From the NCBI RefSeq assembly GCF_964204645.1, contig NC_134026.1, positions 15,596,150-15,660,149 of the forward strand: 64,000 nucleotides of DNA. The letters run 5' to 3'. A program made the translations under genes and the position numbers. The DNA comes from Tubulanus polymorphus. Lineage: Eukaryota > Animalia > Nemertea. Of this stretch, positions 37,280 to 50,506 are shown piece by piece (position 1 is the stretch's first letter; the number at the start of each line of letters is the position of its first letter). Under the pieces are notes generated by a model. That model searched no databases. It saw only the letters and a list, made by a program, of their open reading frames with translations, and was not told the DNA's origin.

Positions 37280-39156
37280 TATGTGGGTCATAATTGTTGG
37301 GAGAAATCTTTCCCTTTATGTTTGCAAATTAGCCATTGTCCTAGTTTTAACTTCTGATTTGTACCCTGTATAGGGTTTATATTTCTGTTTGTACTCTTTC
37401 ATAGAAATACGACAGATATCAAATGGAATCTTTGATTAAAGACACTGTAGACCGGTACACACTAATATGTCCATCCATCCGACCTACGAGCGATCATCTC
37501 ATTATAGTGATAATTGCTCGTAAATCCGACAGCTACATTTTACAACTAGAAATATATTAGATCAGATTCCTAATAATAAAATCATTACTATTAAGAATAT
37601 GTTATTGATTATGAATAAATTCAAAATGAATTGACAAAATATATTGCTTTGAATGGCCTTTAGATATTGGATAGGGCGATTTTGAATTATTTTTGGGGAA
37701 TTTTATCGAGAAGCTCAAACTCCCTAAGGCGATAAAGTGTTTAAGGCGGATCTTTCCCGATTATGATCCCACCATATGAATTGCTCACGAAACTATTATG
37801 TATAAACACCTCACAATTAACGTAATGACTCAGTGACGTCCTGTTGCACAAGCTATATTACACCATGATAAAAAGCCTATTATAGTCGAGTAGGATTTCT
37901 CGATGTATAAATGCAGGGAGGGTTGGGAGCTTTATGTTCAATAACATTAGGTTCCAATGTTTGCTCTATGGATTTCAAAATATAAGAAAAATCTACGTTT
38001 AAACGTGATATCTGTTTCATTACTCGTGATATATCGGGGAATCTCTGCAATAAAATTGGACGATTTCAAAAATATTACAAAATGAGCAAATTGCGATTCT
38101 TAGTGATTTTTGCTAACAGTATGGATTCTAGCGTATACGCGGATTTGTGTGTTATGTAATAAGTATCGTAACGAATAATCAAAGTATCTACTGTAGCTAG
38201 ATATGACAATTAAAAATCCCCCAGAATATCTCCTTCAAAATACCTTGATCCGTTCAAAAAAGATCACCTGGTAAAGATTTCCTATGTAGAAATCTAAAAA
38301 TCTAAACCCTACGTAAACATACCCTGGGTAAAAATCCCCCAAATATTCATACTTGGTGATTGTCAAGAACATGTCAAAGCACGATGTTTCTCGAATTTGC
38401 AATGAGACTGAAATATGTTTGAACTTTTAAATGAAATTTTTCGTTGCGATAAATTCTTACGGATAAAATAAATTGTAAGAATTAATAAGAGTAATAAACT
38501 TTTATTTGTAATATCTTAAGATTCGAACTGGAATATTTTTGAATTTCAGCTGTGCGATGCCATGAATTATTAGAAATAACGTACTTTTGATATTAAATAT
38601 TTTAGATTCAAGCTAGTGTTATATATTTGAAATGTGCGATGAACCCCTTCACTAAGCTGTGCAATAACTACATGTATATGTACTAATTTAGTATCAATGA
38701 AAGGTTAATTTGTAGTATGTTTTAATTTAAATAGCATAGTTTGTATGGGCATATTGATATCCTTACGGTGTTCGACAGTAAAATATGAATAAATTGGATA
38801 TACGTATCAATAATACGAATTAATTGACCTTAAGATTGTATCTACTTATAATCCCTTCAAAGGGAGGGGGTTACCTAATTTGAAGAATTGGGGATTTTTA
38901 CTCGCTTACTCATGTTTTGAATTATTGACTTAGTTATTTTATTAAGTTTAAGTTAATCACTAGTAAGTTTATTCATTGACCACTTGCATGATAGTTCTCG
39001 ATATATTCATTATATGCAATGAAATGAAATGTAAGTTCATCACATTTCTGAATTCATTAATACCGATTTTAATTGTTTTAAGCCCCATGAAAAAAATGTG
39101 ATGTCATTATATTGAAAGCTTAATGTTTTATTAACATTGGCAGTAGTTCTCATAAA

Positions 39157-39278
39157 TTTTCCTTGGCCTTTTTTTCCGTGGCCATTTTAACCTTGGCCAT
39201 TTTTTCCTGGACAAATTACCTTGGCCATTTTTTCCTTGGCCATTCCTTCCTGGCCATTTTTCCTTGGCCATTTTTCCA
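39157..39278. repeat. ~15-bp tandem repeat TTTTCCTTGGCCA (resembles MULE subterminal repeats)
   Basis: About eight consecutive degenerate units. Confidence 0.8.
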
Positions 39279-42151
39279 ACATTCTGGGGTTTTTTACAAC
39301 TAACCCTTAGCAATGCACTGTAATGAACAATTTACTTTGTTTTGCTAAATTAACTACTTGTAATCAATTCACTATAGAACTGTGGTCGATCCTAACAAAG
39401 AGTCCGGCGTGCTATTCTAAACTTCAGTGGACAAAAATCTCTTTCTAAAAATTATATTGCTAAGATATTCTTAGTCTTCATCCTTCAGCATGAACTCTAG
39501 GCCTGGATATATTTCGGATTCATTAAATGGTATCATGTGTGTGTAGAACGTTTGGGCGAAGGTATTATCCCCCTGGATCACGCGTAAAACAAACAGAAAA
39601 CATATTTTCATACATAGGTCATCGCATTATAGAAATTGAACTGATGACAAGTTGTATTAAATCTCTATAGATCAAACACTTTTAAGGAAAATGCATTATG
39701 TGTGTTGTTTCTATATAACTACTATCGACTGTGCGCCTCGGGCTCAGTCAACTCGCCATCTTCATGATTGAAATATTTGATTAGGCAGTCCTATCAAAAG
39801 TGGCGTAAATTCATACAAGCGAATAATTTGTTGTTTCCAAAGGTTTTTGTTACCGGCTCGTCTACCCGGTAATGGTCGAAATTCCCCGGTAAAAATCCCC
39901 TAAGAATACCAATTAAAGAGCTTATGATTTGCTGCCGCTGGTATGTTTTCGTTTGTATTGCAAAATTAAGTCCAAAATAACTGGAATCGTTTTAAAGGAT
40001 TTCTGTGAAAATTTTCAATTTTTCCCCACACGTCAACAAGTGCCTTTCAAATCAAGATCGATTCCTCATGCGTAAAAACGATTGAAGCAATTTTTGCAGT
40101 TTTATTTATTTATGGTTTGATACGTCAAGATTTCAGTAAAAAGGGCAACATCATCGTTTATGTTAGAGAAGCTTGGTATACAAGCAAGCTGACAATAACA
40201 AGCCACTGAATTTTATCGGTTTAGGCTTTGTATAGCTCATAATCTATAGAAAGTCAGTGATTAAGTCCTAAGTAAATATTGCTCAATTAAAGAGAATTCA
40301 TTATGACAATGTACAAGCGATGACAGGCCTATGAGGCACCCGTAAATCAAAAATGTATTTCACAGATTTTGCTGTGCGATGCGATAAATTATTGAAACTT
40401 TTTATTTGAAATATCTTTGAAATACTATTGAAATTTGAAATATTATTTTACCAGTGCGATAACTTTTAGTATTAGTTTAGTACTAATGAAGTATTTCAAT
40501 CTTTGGATAAACGTTGGAAAAATGGCAAGGGGAAAATTGCCGCTAAATAAACATAAGAATTTGCAAGTTTTGTAATAACTTTGAATTGTTAAATTTTACT
40601 GGACATTGGTGTATGCTGAATATCACGAACAACGAAACATATATCTCATAAAAACGTTGATTGTCTTTTTCAACTTTCATCATTTCAATAACAATCAATC
40701 GATTTTTAAGTCGATTTAATTACCAGGATAGCGACTATATGCGTTTGTGCTTTTAATCAACTAGTTTCCGAATCCGTGGTATGTCAATCAAATAATAATT
40801 TTGAAGTCGAGAAAAAGTAAGATGCATTCTATCAACTAATTTCAATGTAAAGACAATAATGCTTCCTATATGAATCAATACTAAAGCATTCATACCGCAG
40901 GCCACTTAATCTTAAGCTTGATTGTGAGAGGTGTTTAAACATAATGGTCACATGAGTAATTAAATGGTTGTGTCACAAAGGGAGAAATCTGCCTTAGACA
41001 TAACATCCCGATATCTGGAGTTCTGGGCTTAGTAACGCATGTTTAGAATGAATTTTATCCAATATTTTTGTAACATAATGTTTTCTCTCTGCAAATTCCT
41101 GACGTTTTCGGGGTGCTAACGTTCAGTGGCTAGTAGGCTGGATAGTATTTTCCCTTATTTCATAGATCTCCATGCATATAAACTTGAACTGAACTGAATG
41201 GGAACTGAGTTCGGTTAGGAGTAAAAACCTCCTTATCAACTCCTATTTCTGAATTGTATATAAAGGAGTGAAGAAAGAAACAAACCCTCATACCGAATAC
41301 ACTTTTACGTATAAATGAGAATAATGCTCACTAGGACAATGGCTAATTTGCGACCGTAAATGAAAGAAATACGACTCGAATAATTTTTTTCATCATGCGT
41401 GACACGCGAATCTCCTATTAACGCTAGTAATGAGAGAAGGATCCACACGAATGAAATGTATCAGCTTCATAATGATCTTTAATCCTTGAATGACCATTCT
41501 TAATTAACACAAAACACTTAATATAAATGATTTGTATCGATTACTATAGAATTTCCATTTACAGAATGCATTTATCAAATTACGTCCATTGACTCCGAAA
41601 ATGAACCTTTAAACCCGTAAATTAGCTAAACTCGTGCCGTTAAGCTATTTAGATTTATCGCAGTCTAGTGAAAATTTGTAAGCCGTCCTAATATATTCCC
41701 TGTATAATCAAAACTTAATTTCTATGTTATGCACGTGTTTTAATTACGATTTCCCCTCTACATGTTTATCGGGAAGGGCCTGATTACAATCTGATTACAA
41801 TTGATTGTCAACAAAGTTATATCAATTTACTGTTAGACAAAGAAAATACAAAATCTATTTAGTTTTCTAAAATTGTATGTAGGCTTATGTCTCATACCGT
41901 CTCATTACCTCGAACACTGTGTATCGTATCACTCGAAATTCATAAATCTACCGGCTTTATGGCTTAAAAAAAACTAATTACACCCAAAACACCTATCTTT
42001 CTAAAATTTCAGGTTATAGCGTTTAGTGGTGGGAGGAAAAATTCCTCCCTAAATCAATATACTTTGAATCTAAGACTCGGGTTCATTTTCCTTCAGTTGA
42101 CAAATGAAAATATTTCGAATATCAGACCAGGTCCATTTTCCTTCGTTTGAC

Positions 42152-42183
42152 CATGGACGTATAAACTAGATTATACGTCCATG
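42152..42183. mobile_element. 32-bp P-superfamily-like excision footprint with 7-bp TSD
   Basis: GTTTGAC|CATGGACGTATAA-ACTAGA-TTATACGTCCATG|GTTTGAC; absent from the opposite TIR (~36200-36220). Confidence 0.7.
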
Positions 42184-43578
42184 GTTTGACATAGGGAGGA
42201 ACATTCCTCCCGACGTCGATACTTTGAATATCAGACCTGAAGGTCAAATTCTCTTCGTTTGACCTTGGGAGGAATATTCCTCCCAAAGTCAATTGTTAAA
42301 ATATCGGACCCCATGGTCAAGTTTCCATCGATTGACATTGGGAGGAATATTCCTCCCGCAGTCAATTTTCACAATAGCGGTCCTCTTAATTGGTGACACT
42401 CAAAGAACGTGCGGCTCAGATTTCTATTGTGCGCCTATCGCGCGCTGCGCGTGAATCACTTACGTAATCTTTTCTGTAAATTTGAAGACCTAGGGGGCAT
42501 TATGTTCTCTAAAGCCCATTATTATCCCAAATTCCGGACTGTTAATAGATTGATTTTACAGCAGAGTCGACATGTTTCAACAATTTTTAACTGTTCATTT
42601 ATGAATATTTGAGGACTTATGAACTAAAAATTAGTTAAATTTTTGATACATTTTGAGAAAGTCACACAACATTTGAGACTGTGTTTCAAATGGTACCGTA
42701 AACTAGCTATGCATTTGATCGATATCGCAATTTTCAATAGTTTTGTTCTCTGGAAGAAGGCAGATCCAACTCGAAGAAACACGCGACATCTCAAATTTCG
42801 CACACGTTTGACAAGTCAGATTGTGGAGGGTGTTGGTGCTGATCCAACATCTGCAGCTAAGGGTCGCCCAAGAGCGTCAAATGATGTCCCCATCCGCTTT
42901 AGTGGAAGACACTTCCCAGCTTTGAATCCTCCTACTGGAAACAGACAAGTTGCGTTTCTTGTCTTTCGAATCTGCTCAGAACGTGATCGCGAAAATGGGG
43001 CTCCCGGAACACGGAAACGTGTTGAAACAAAATACAGGTGTGTAGCCTGTGGAAATGTGCCTCGTTGTGCAGCACCCTGTTTTGAACAATGGCATACTTT
43101 ATAAACTGGATACAACTGCATATGAACTGTGACAATATTTGTGTTTTTCCATGAAATTTCACTAAACGGATATTTTCAGGTAAAAGAGCCTTTATTAATT
43201 TATTTGGAGATCTAATCACACAGAAATGGTTGTATATTGTAGGTAACATTCATATCTATCCATTCAGGCACACACACAACTGTTTCTGCACTTTTTATAT
43301 GCAAAATTTTATTTCAGAAGGAGGTGTGTATATGAAATTTTGATGGCGGCCATATTGATGACGTCATAATGACATCATCATGAACAACCAAGTATCTTAA
43401 AAAGTATTTTTATGGGCTTGAATAGATAGCTCTGAATGTTACCTTTTCAAATATATATGGTTTATAGCAGTTTAATTGAGAAATAAGTGACTGGAAGGCA
43501 ATTTTCAACTTTTGGGTCACGACGTAAAATCCCCCCAAAATAAGTGGCGTACGGGTATATTTATTATAAAAATAAGTG

Positions 43579-46500
43579 GCGGTCTGTTTATTATGAAAAT
43601 CACAAAACTTGGTATAAGTACAAAGACATGTGTAATATGCCATCCTGCATAATTAGTTCATACAACTGCCACCAGGGGACCTTGAAAACAATGATTTTTG
43701 CTCCTAGGTCCTTAACCGTTGGCGATAGAATCGAGGTTGCAATGTGCGCGTAGTAGCCCTTGTGGGTCAACATATCCATGTCATAAGTTGACGCCTAGGT
43801 GGCGCTCCTTTTAAAAGGGGAATGTTATGAACTGCTTTCGGTGAAATGTTTGCACGCACCCTTGCACGACATTGTATCCAGCAAGGCAGAAACCCGTTAT
43901 CGCTGCTTTGCAGCTATATTTAGGGTTTCTGCTGCCTTCGCAGAAACCCTATTGTATTCCTGCTGATTATTATTATTATTATTATTATTATTAGGGTTTC
44001 TGCTGCCTTCGCAGAAACCCTATTGTATTCCTGCTGATTATTATTATTATTATTATTATATTCTTTTTCACACTGGATCTTACTGAAAGCATATAAACTA
44101 ATGCAACTTACTTTCACTGTCGGTAAATCCATTCTGTATCACAAGTACTACACTGCATTGACAAATACTGCGTATAATATTAATCAGAATGCCACTGTTT
44201 ACTCACTGTGAGCCTCTAAACATCGAAATTTAAGCCCGATTCAAACAGTATCCATCTACGTATGTGTATTGCCTGTGTGTCATTCCCACAGCGCGTCAGT
44301 ATGTGTGTTTGTGTCAGTGTCCCTATAAGCATTGATAGAGCTGGTGTACTAGATCAGTAGTTTTTTTTTAGTATTTTTATCTCTTCTACTATTGTGGCGC
44401 ACTGATTGAGGTCAGTCTCGAGTGAACGCAACTGAAGAATTTAGCCTTGTTTGTGTCGCCTATACAAGCAATAGCATCCTGGCAGTATCTTCCCTGTATA
44501 GAGCTAATTAATGCAGCTATACGCGAGAGCCTGGATGATTATATTCTGCTAGCATTACAATATTCCTTGACGGATTTACTTGAAACTTTCCTGAGATGTA
44601 CGGAACACAGGTACCTTGAGGTAAGTCGAGGGGATCTTAGATCGGGGACCCCGTTCACCCACCAGGGGGTGTTTTACATTTGAAAATTCTGACATCGAAA
44701 AGTTACTGTGTGAGAAAATTTTTTGTCTTTGACTTTTCAGCTTCGGGCGAGCACGAAAGTTGTTCATAACAGTCCGGAGGTTAAAAAAGTGAGTGGCACG
44801 CCCTATCTGCGATTAACCGTTTGGGCTCTACGGGCTCGAAAATGGGCCCCCAAATTTTTTAATGAGATTTTTGCTCCTAGCTCCTTAACCTTTGGAGATA
44901 GAATCGTGGTTGCAACGAGTGATCAGTAGCCCTTGTGAAGACGCTTTTATTGATGTATGGTATAACTATGTAACTCATATGGTTCTCCAGTAGCGCCACC
45001 TATAAGACACTGGAATACGCATTTTCATCTATATCTACTAAGCGTGTGAATGGATATCTATAAAAATTGATACACATGTACCTGGTTACTAAATACAAAG
45101 AATCCCTCACATATTCTAACCACTAGGGGGCGTTAATGTTGAAAACTCATTCTAGCATCAGTTTTTTCGATTGTAATTCGGTAGTATGCTAACCGGCAAA
45201 GTACTGTATCTTCGTTATTCTCGGTGTCATATCCCCTAACCTTGGTACATTAGAACTTTTCGCGTAGTATCCCATGTGAATCAACATAGCCATGTTATCA
45301 GCTGACCCCTAGGTGGCGCTCCTCATCCAGCAAGGCAGAAACCCGTTATCGCTGCTTTGCAGCTATATTTATTATTATTATTATATTCTTTTTCACACTG
45401 GATCTTACTGAAAGGATACAAACAACTGCAACTTACTTTCACTGTCGGTGAAACCATTCGGTATCACAAGTACTACGCTGCATTGACAAATACTGTATGT
45501 AATATTAATCAGAAATACACTGTCTACTCACTGTGAGCCTCTAAACATCGAAATTTAAGCCCGATTCAAACAGTATCCATCTACGTATGTGTATTGCCTA
45601 CGTGTCATTCCCACAGCGGCTCATAAATACGTGTGTTTGTGTCTGTGTCCTAGAGCTGTGTTGTTCTAGATCTGTAGTAAACACATAAGCAGTAGTGATA
45701 TTTGTATCTCTTCCTTCTACGAATCGATTGTTGAATTAGGACATTGCTCGACTGAACGCAACTGAGGAATTTTTATGGCCTTGTTTGTGCCGTATGTTAA
45801 AGAGCATCATATATTGCTTCGGCAACACAAGTTAGAGCATCATTTATAGGCTTTAATACTTCGAATTCCGCTAGTAACAAGAATATAACTCAACGGATTT
45901 ACTTGAAACTTACGTGAGATGTACGGAACCCAGGTACCTTGAGGTGAGTCGAAGGGATCTTCGATTGGGGACCCCGTTCACCCACCATGGGGTGTTTTAC
46001 ATTTGAAAATTGTGACATCGAAAAGTTACTGTGCGAGAAAATTTTTTTGTCTTTGACTTTTCAGCTTCGGGCGGGCACGAAAGTTGTTCATAACAGCCCG
46101 GAGGTTAAAAAAGTCAATGGCACGCCCTATCTGCGATTAACCGTTTGGGCTCTACGGGCTCGAAAATGGGCCCCCAAATTTTTTAATGAGATTTTTGCTC
46201 CTAGCTCCTTAACCGTTGGAGATAGAATAGTGGTTGCAACGAGTGACCAGTAGCCCTTGCGAAGACACTTTTATTCATGTATGGTATAACTATGTAACTC
46301 ATATGGTTCTCCAGTAGCGCCACCTATAATATGCTGGAATACGCATTTTCATCTATATCGACTAAGGGTATCAATGGATTTCTATAAAAATTGATACACA
46401 TGTACCTGGTTACTAAACGAAACGAACCCTTCATATGATTAGTTCCCATTTTAACCACTAGGGGGCGTAAATTTTGAAAAATCGATTTCAGCATCAATTT

Positions 46501-47014
46501 TTCCCATTTTATGCGGTCTGTTTATCATGAAAATTACAAAACTTGGTATAAGTACAAAGACATGTGTGTAATATGCCATCCTGCGTGATTAGCTCATACA
46601 ACTGCCACTAGGGGAATGTGAAAACAACGATTTTTGCTCCTATGTCCTTAACCGTTGGCGATAGAATCGAGGTTGCAATGTGTGGTTAGTAGCCCTTTTC
46701 AAGATTCTTGTATTTATGTATGGTTTAAGTAGGTAACTTATATGGTTCTCCAGGAGCGCGACCTACATTTTGCTGGAAATGCATTTCAATTGATAGCTAC
46801 TAAGCGGATAAAAGGATCTCTATGAAAATTGATATACATGTGCCTGGATATAAGATACAACGAATCCCTAACATAATTAGTTCCTACTCTAACCACTAGG
46901 GGGCGTTAATGTTGAAAACTCCTCATCCAGCAAGGCAGAAACCCGTTATCGCTGCTTTGCATCTATATTTAGGGTTTCTGCTGCCTTCGCAGAAACCCTA
47001 TTGTATTCCTGCTG

Positions 47015-47057
<43 letters not shown>

Positions 47058-50000
47058 TCTTTTTCACACTGGATCTTACTGAAAGGATATAAACAACTGC
47101 AATTTAATTTCACTGTCGGTGAAACCATTCTGTATCGCAAGTACTACGATGCATTGACAAATACTGTATATGATATTAATTAGAATTGCACTGTTTACTC
47201 ACTGTCAGCCTCCAAACATCGAAATTTAAGCCCGATTCAAACAGTATCCATATACGTGTATGTATTGTATACGTGTCTTATTCCCACAGCGCCTACGTGT
47301 GTTTGTGTCTGTGTCCTTATATTGATAGAGCTGGGATGTTCTAGATCTGTAGTAAACACATAGTGATATTTTTATCTCCTCTAAGAGTCGATTGTTGAAT
47401 TAGGACATTGCTCGATTGAACGCAACTGAGGAGTTTTTATAGCTTGTTTGTGTCGTATACACATTAAGTAAGAGAGCATCATATATAGCTTCGAATTCGG
47501 CGACACAAGATAGAGAGCATCATATATAGGCTTTAATACTTCGAATTCGGCTAGTAACAAGACTTTTGCGTGAAGGATTTACTTGAAACTTACGTGAGAT
47601 GTACGGAACACAGGTACCTTGAGGTAAGTCGAAGGGATCTTTGATTGGGGTCCCCGTTCACCCACCAGGAGGCGTTTTATTTTTGAAAATTCTGACATCG
47701 AAAAGTTAATGTGTGAGAAAAATTTTTGTGTTTGACTTTTCAGCTTCGTGCGAGCACGAAAGTTGTTCATAACAGCCCGGAGGTTAAAAAAGTCAATGGC
47801 ACGCCCGATCTGCGATTAACCGTTTGGGCTCTAGGGGCTCTTAAATGGGCCCCCAAATTTTTTTAATGAGATTTTTGCTCCTAGCTCCTTAACCGTTGGA
47901 GATAGAATCGTGGTTGCAATGAGTGATCAGTAGCCCTTGACAAGACGCTTGTATTGATGTATGGTTTAACCATGTAACTCATTTGGTTCTCCAGTAGTGC
48001 CACCTATAAAATGCTGGATAACGCATTTTCATCTATATCGACTAAGCGTGTGAATGGATATCTATAAAAATTGATACACATGTACCTGGTTACTAAATAC
48101 AAAGAACCCCTCACATAATTAGTTCCTATTTTAACCACTAGGGTGCGTATATTTTTAAAACTCATTTCAGCATCCATTTTTCGCATGTAATGCGGTATGA
48201 TTATTATGCAAATCACAAAACTTGGTATAAGTACATAGAAATGAGTGTAATATGCCAACCTGCATGATTAGTTCATACAACTACCACCAGGGGACTGTGA
48301 AAACAACGATTTCTGCTCCTAGGTTCTTAACCGTTGCCAATAAAATCGTTGTTTGAATGTGTGGTTAGTAGCCCTTTACAAGACACTTGTATTGATGTAT
48401 GGTTTAAGTAGGTAACTCATATTGTTCTCTAGGAGTGCCACCTACAAGTTGCTGGAAATGCATTTAATTGATATCTACTAAGCGGATAAAGGGATTTCTA
48501 TGAAAATTGATATACATGTACCTGGATATAAGATACAACGAATCCCTAACATGATTAGTTCCTATTCTAACCACTAGGGGGCGTTAATGTTGAAAACTCA
48601 TTCTAGCATCAGTTTTTTCGATTGTAATTCAGTAGTATGCTAACCGGCAAATTACCGGCCACTTGGGCATGGGAAAAGTACCGTACCTTCGTTATTCTCG
48701 GTGTCATATCCCCTAACCTTGGTACATTAGAACTTTTCGCGTAGTATCCCATGTGAATCAACATAGCCATGTTATCAGCTGACCCCTAGGTGGCGCTCCT
48801 CATCCAGCAAGGCAGAAACCCGTTATCGCTGCTTTGCAGCTATATTTATTATTATATTCTTTTTCACACTGGATCCTACTGAAAGGATATAAACAACTGC
48901 AATTTACTTTCACTGTCGGTGAAACCATTCTGCATCACAAGTACTATGCTGCATTGAAAAATAATGTATATGATATTAATCAGAATTGCACTGTTTACTC
49001 ACTGTGAGCCTCTAAACATCGAAATTTAAGCCCGACTCAAACAGTATCCATCTACGTATGTGTATTGCCTACGTGTCATTCCCACAGCGCGTAAGTTCGT
49101 CTGTTTGTGTCAGTGTCCATATAAGCAGTGATAGAGCTGGTGTACTAGATCTGTAGTTTTTTAGTATCTTTATATATATGTGGCGCACTGAATAGGGTCA
49201 GTCTCGAGTGAACGCAACTGAGGAATTTTTGTGCCGCATATACAAGCAATAGCATCCTTGCAGTAACCTCCCTGGATAGAGCTAATGAATGCAGCTACGG
49301 TATCTATACGCGAGAGCCTGGATGGCTATATTCTGTTAGCATTACAATATTCCTTGACGGATTTACTTGAAACTTTCGTGAGATGTACGGATCACAGGCT
49401 ACTGGTTCTCCAGTAGCGCCACCTATAAGACGCTGGAAAACACATTTTCATCTATATCGACTAAGAGTATCAATGGATTTCTATAAAAATTGACACGCAT
49501 GTACCTGGTTACTAAATGCAACGAACCCCTCACATGATTAGTTCCTATTTTTACCACTAGGGGGCGTAAATTTTGAAAAATCGATTTCAGCATCCATATT
49601 TCGTATGTAATACGGTCTGTTTATTATTCGAATAACAAAACTTGGTATAAGTACAAAGACATGTGTGTAATATGCCAACCTGCATGATTAGTTCATACAA
49701 CTGCCACCAGGGGACTGTGAAAACAACGATTTTTGCTCCTAGGTCCTTAACCGTTGGTGATAGAATCGAGGTTGCAATGTGTGGTTAGTAGCCCTTTACA
49801 AGACACTTTTATTGGTGTATGGTTTAAGTTGGTAACTCATATTGTGCTCCAGTAGCGCCACCTACAAATTGTTGGAAATGCATTTTCATTGATATCTACT
49901 TATCGGATGGAGGGATTTCTATGAAAATTGATACACATGTACTTTGATATGATATACAACGATCCCCTCACATAATTAATTCCTATTCTAATCCCTAGGG

Positions 50001-50506
50001 GGCCTTAATCTTGAAAAGTCTTTCTAGCCGTTTTTCACGTGTAATTCTGCCATTTTATTATAGATATCACAAAACCTTGTGTGAGTACATGAACATAGGT
50101 ATACTAGGCTAACCAGCTAAATTAGTTGATACAACTGCTACGAGGGAATGGTAGAACACTGTATCACCTATTTTCTTGAAGTTATTTTCCCTACACTTGG
50201 TACATCATTACTTTGCACTTAAGAGCCATGGGTCAACATATCCATGATATGGGCTGACCCATGATACAGGCTGACCCCTAGGTGGCGCTTCTTCACAGAT
50301 AGTGGTACGTAATGAACTGATTTCAGTGAAATCTTTTGCAACCTTCCTAGTACGGTATTTAACCCGGCAAGGCAGAAACCCGTTATCGCTGCTTCGAATC
50401 CGTCAATGCATTTTATTCTATGTATCGGTATTTCAATGTACTACAATTGCCATCATCCTGAATGGCTTCGCAGAAAACCCGTTGTCGCTGCTTTGCAGCT
50501 ATATTT
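43579..50506 (+). repeat. Helentron-associated (HINE/DINE-1-like) tandem array, right block
   Basis: Unit ends at ~43920, 45370, 46970, 48847, 50395/50506. 5' hairpin AGGGTTTCTGC..GCAGAAACCCT plus (ATT)n at 43922, 43993 and 46971. Confidence 0.72.

Larger units (their letters stand above)
35711..42685. mobile_element. Element X: ~7-kb non-coding DNA transposon with ~540-580-bp TIRs and a 3-bp TSD
   Basis: Ends AACGCAGTCTCAAAT / ATTTGAGACTGTGTT; TCA duplicated (35708-10, 42686-88); removal restores the piggyBac frame. Superfamily unresolved. Confidence 0.85.
33818..43104 (+). pseudogene. piggyBac transposase: exon 1 33818-34077, exon 2 34259-35710 plus 42689-43104
   Basis: SIDEALL, VDNFYTS, MGGVD catalytic DDD; KTIK|WYRKL join across the insertion; C-terminal Cys-rich domain (CVACGNVPRCAAPCFEQWH). 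One frameshift near 34015. Confidence 0.9.
33571..43578 (+). mobile_element. piggyBac transposon (right TIR lost), interrupted by element X
   Basis: TTAA|CCCCTT left end; transposase motifs. The host repeat unit tcgcatttaa|..|gcggtctgtttattatg resumes at 43579. Confidence 0.88.

Noticed and set aside
39131-39313. KKWPR-repeat ORF
   Set aside because: Translation of a 15-bp tandem repeat.
29443-48258. Recurrent short ORFs (MSLTFQLRAST..., MCAYRSLRVNHL..., MNNFRARPK...)
   Set aside because: They recur only because they lie in repeated non-coding units or TIRs; lengths and frames are not conserved.
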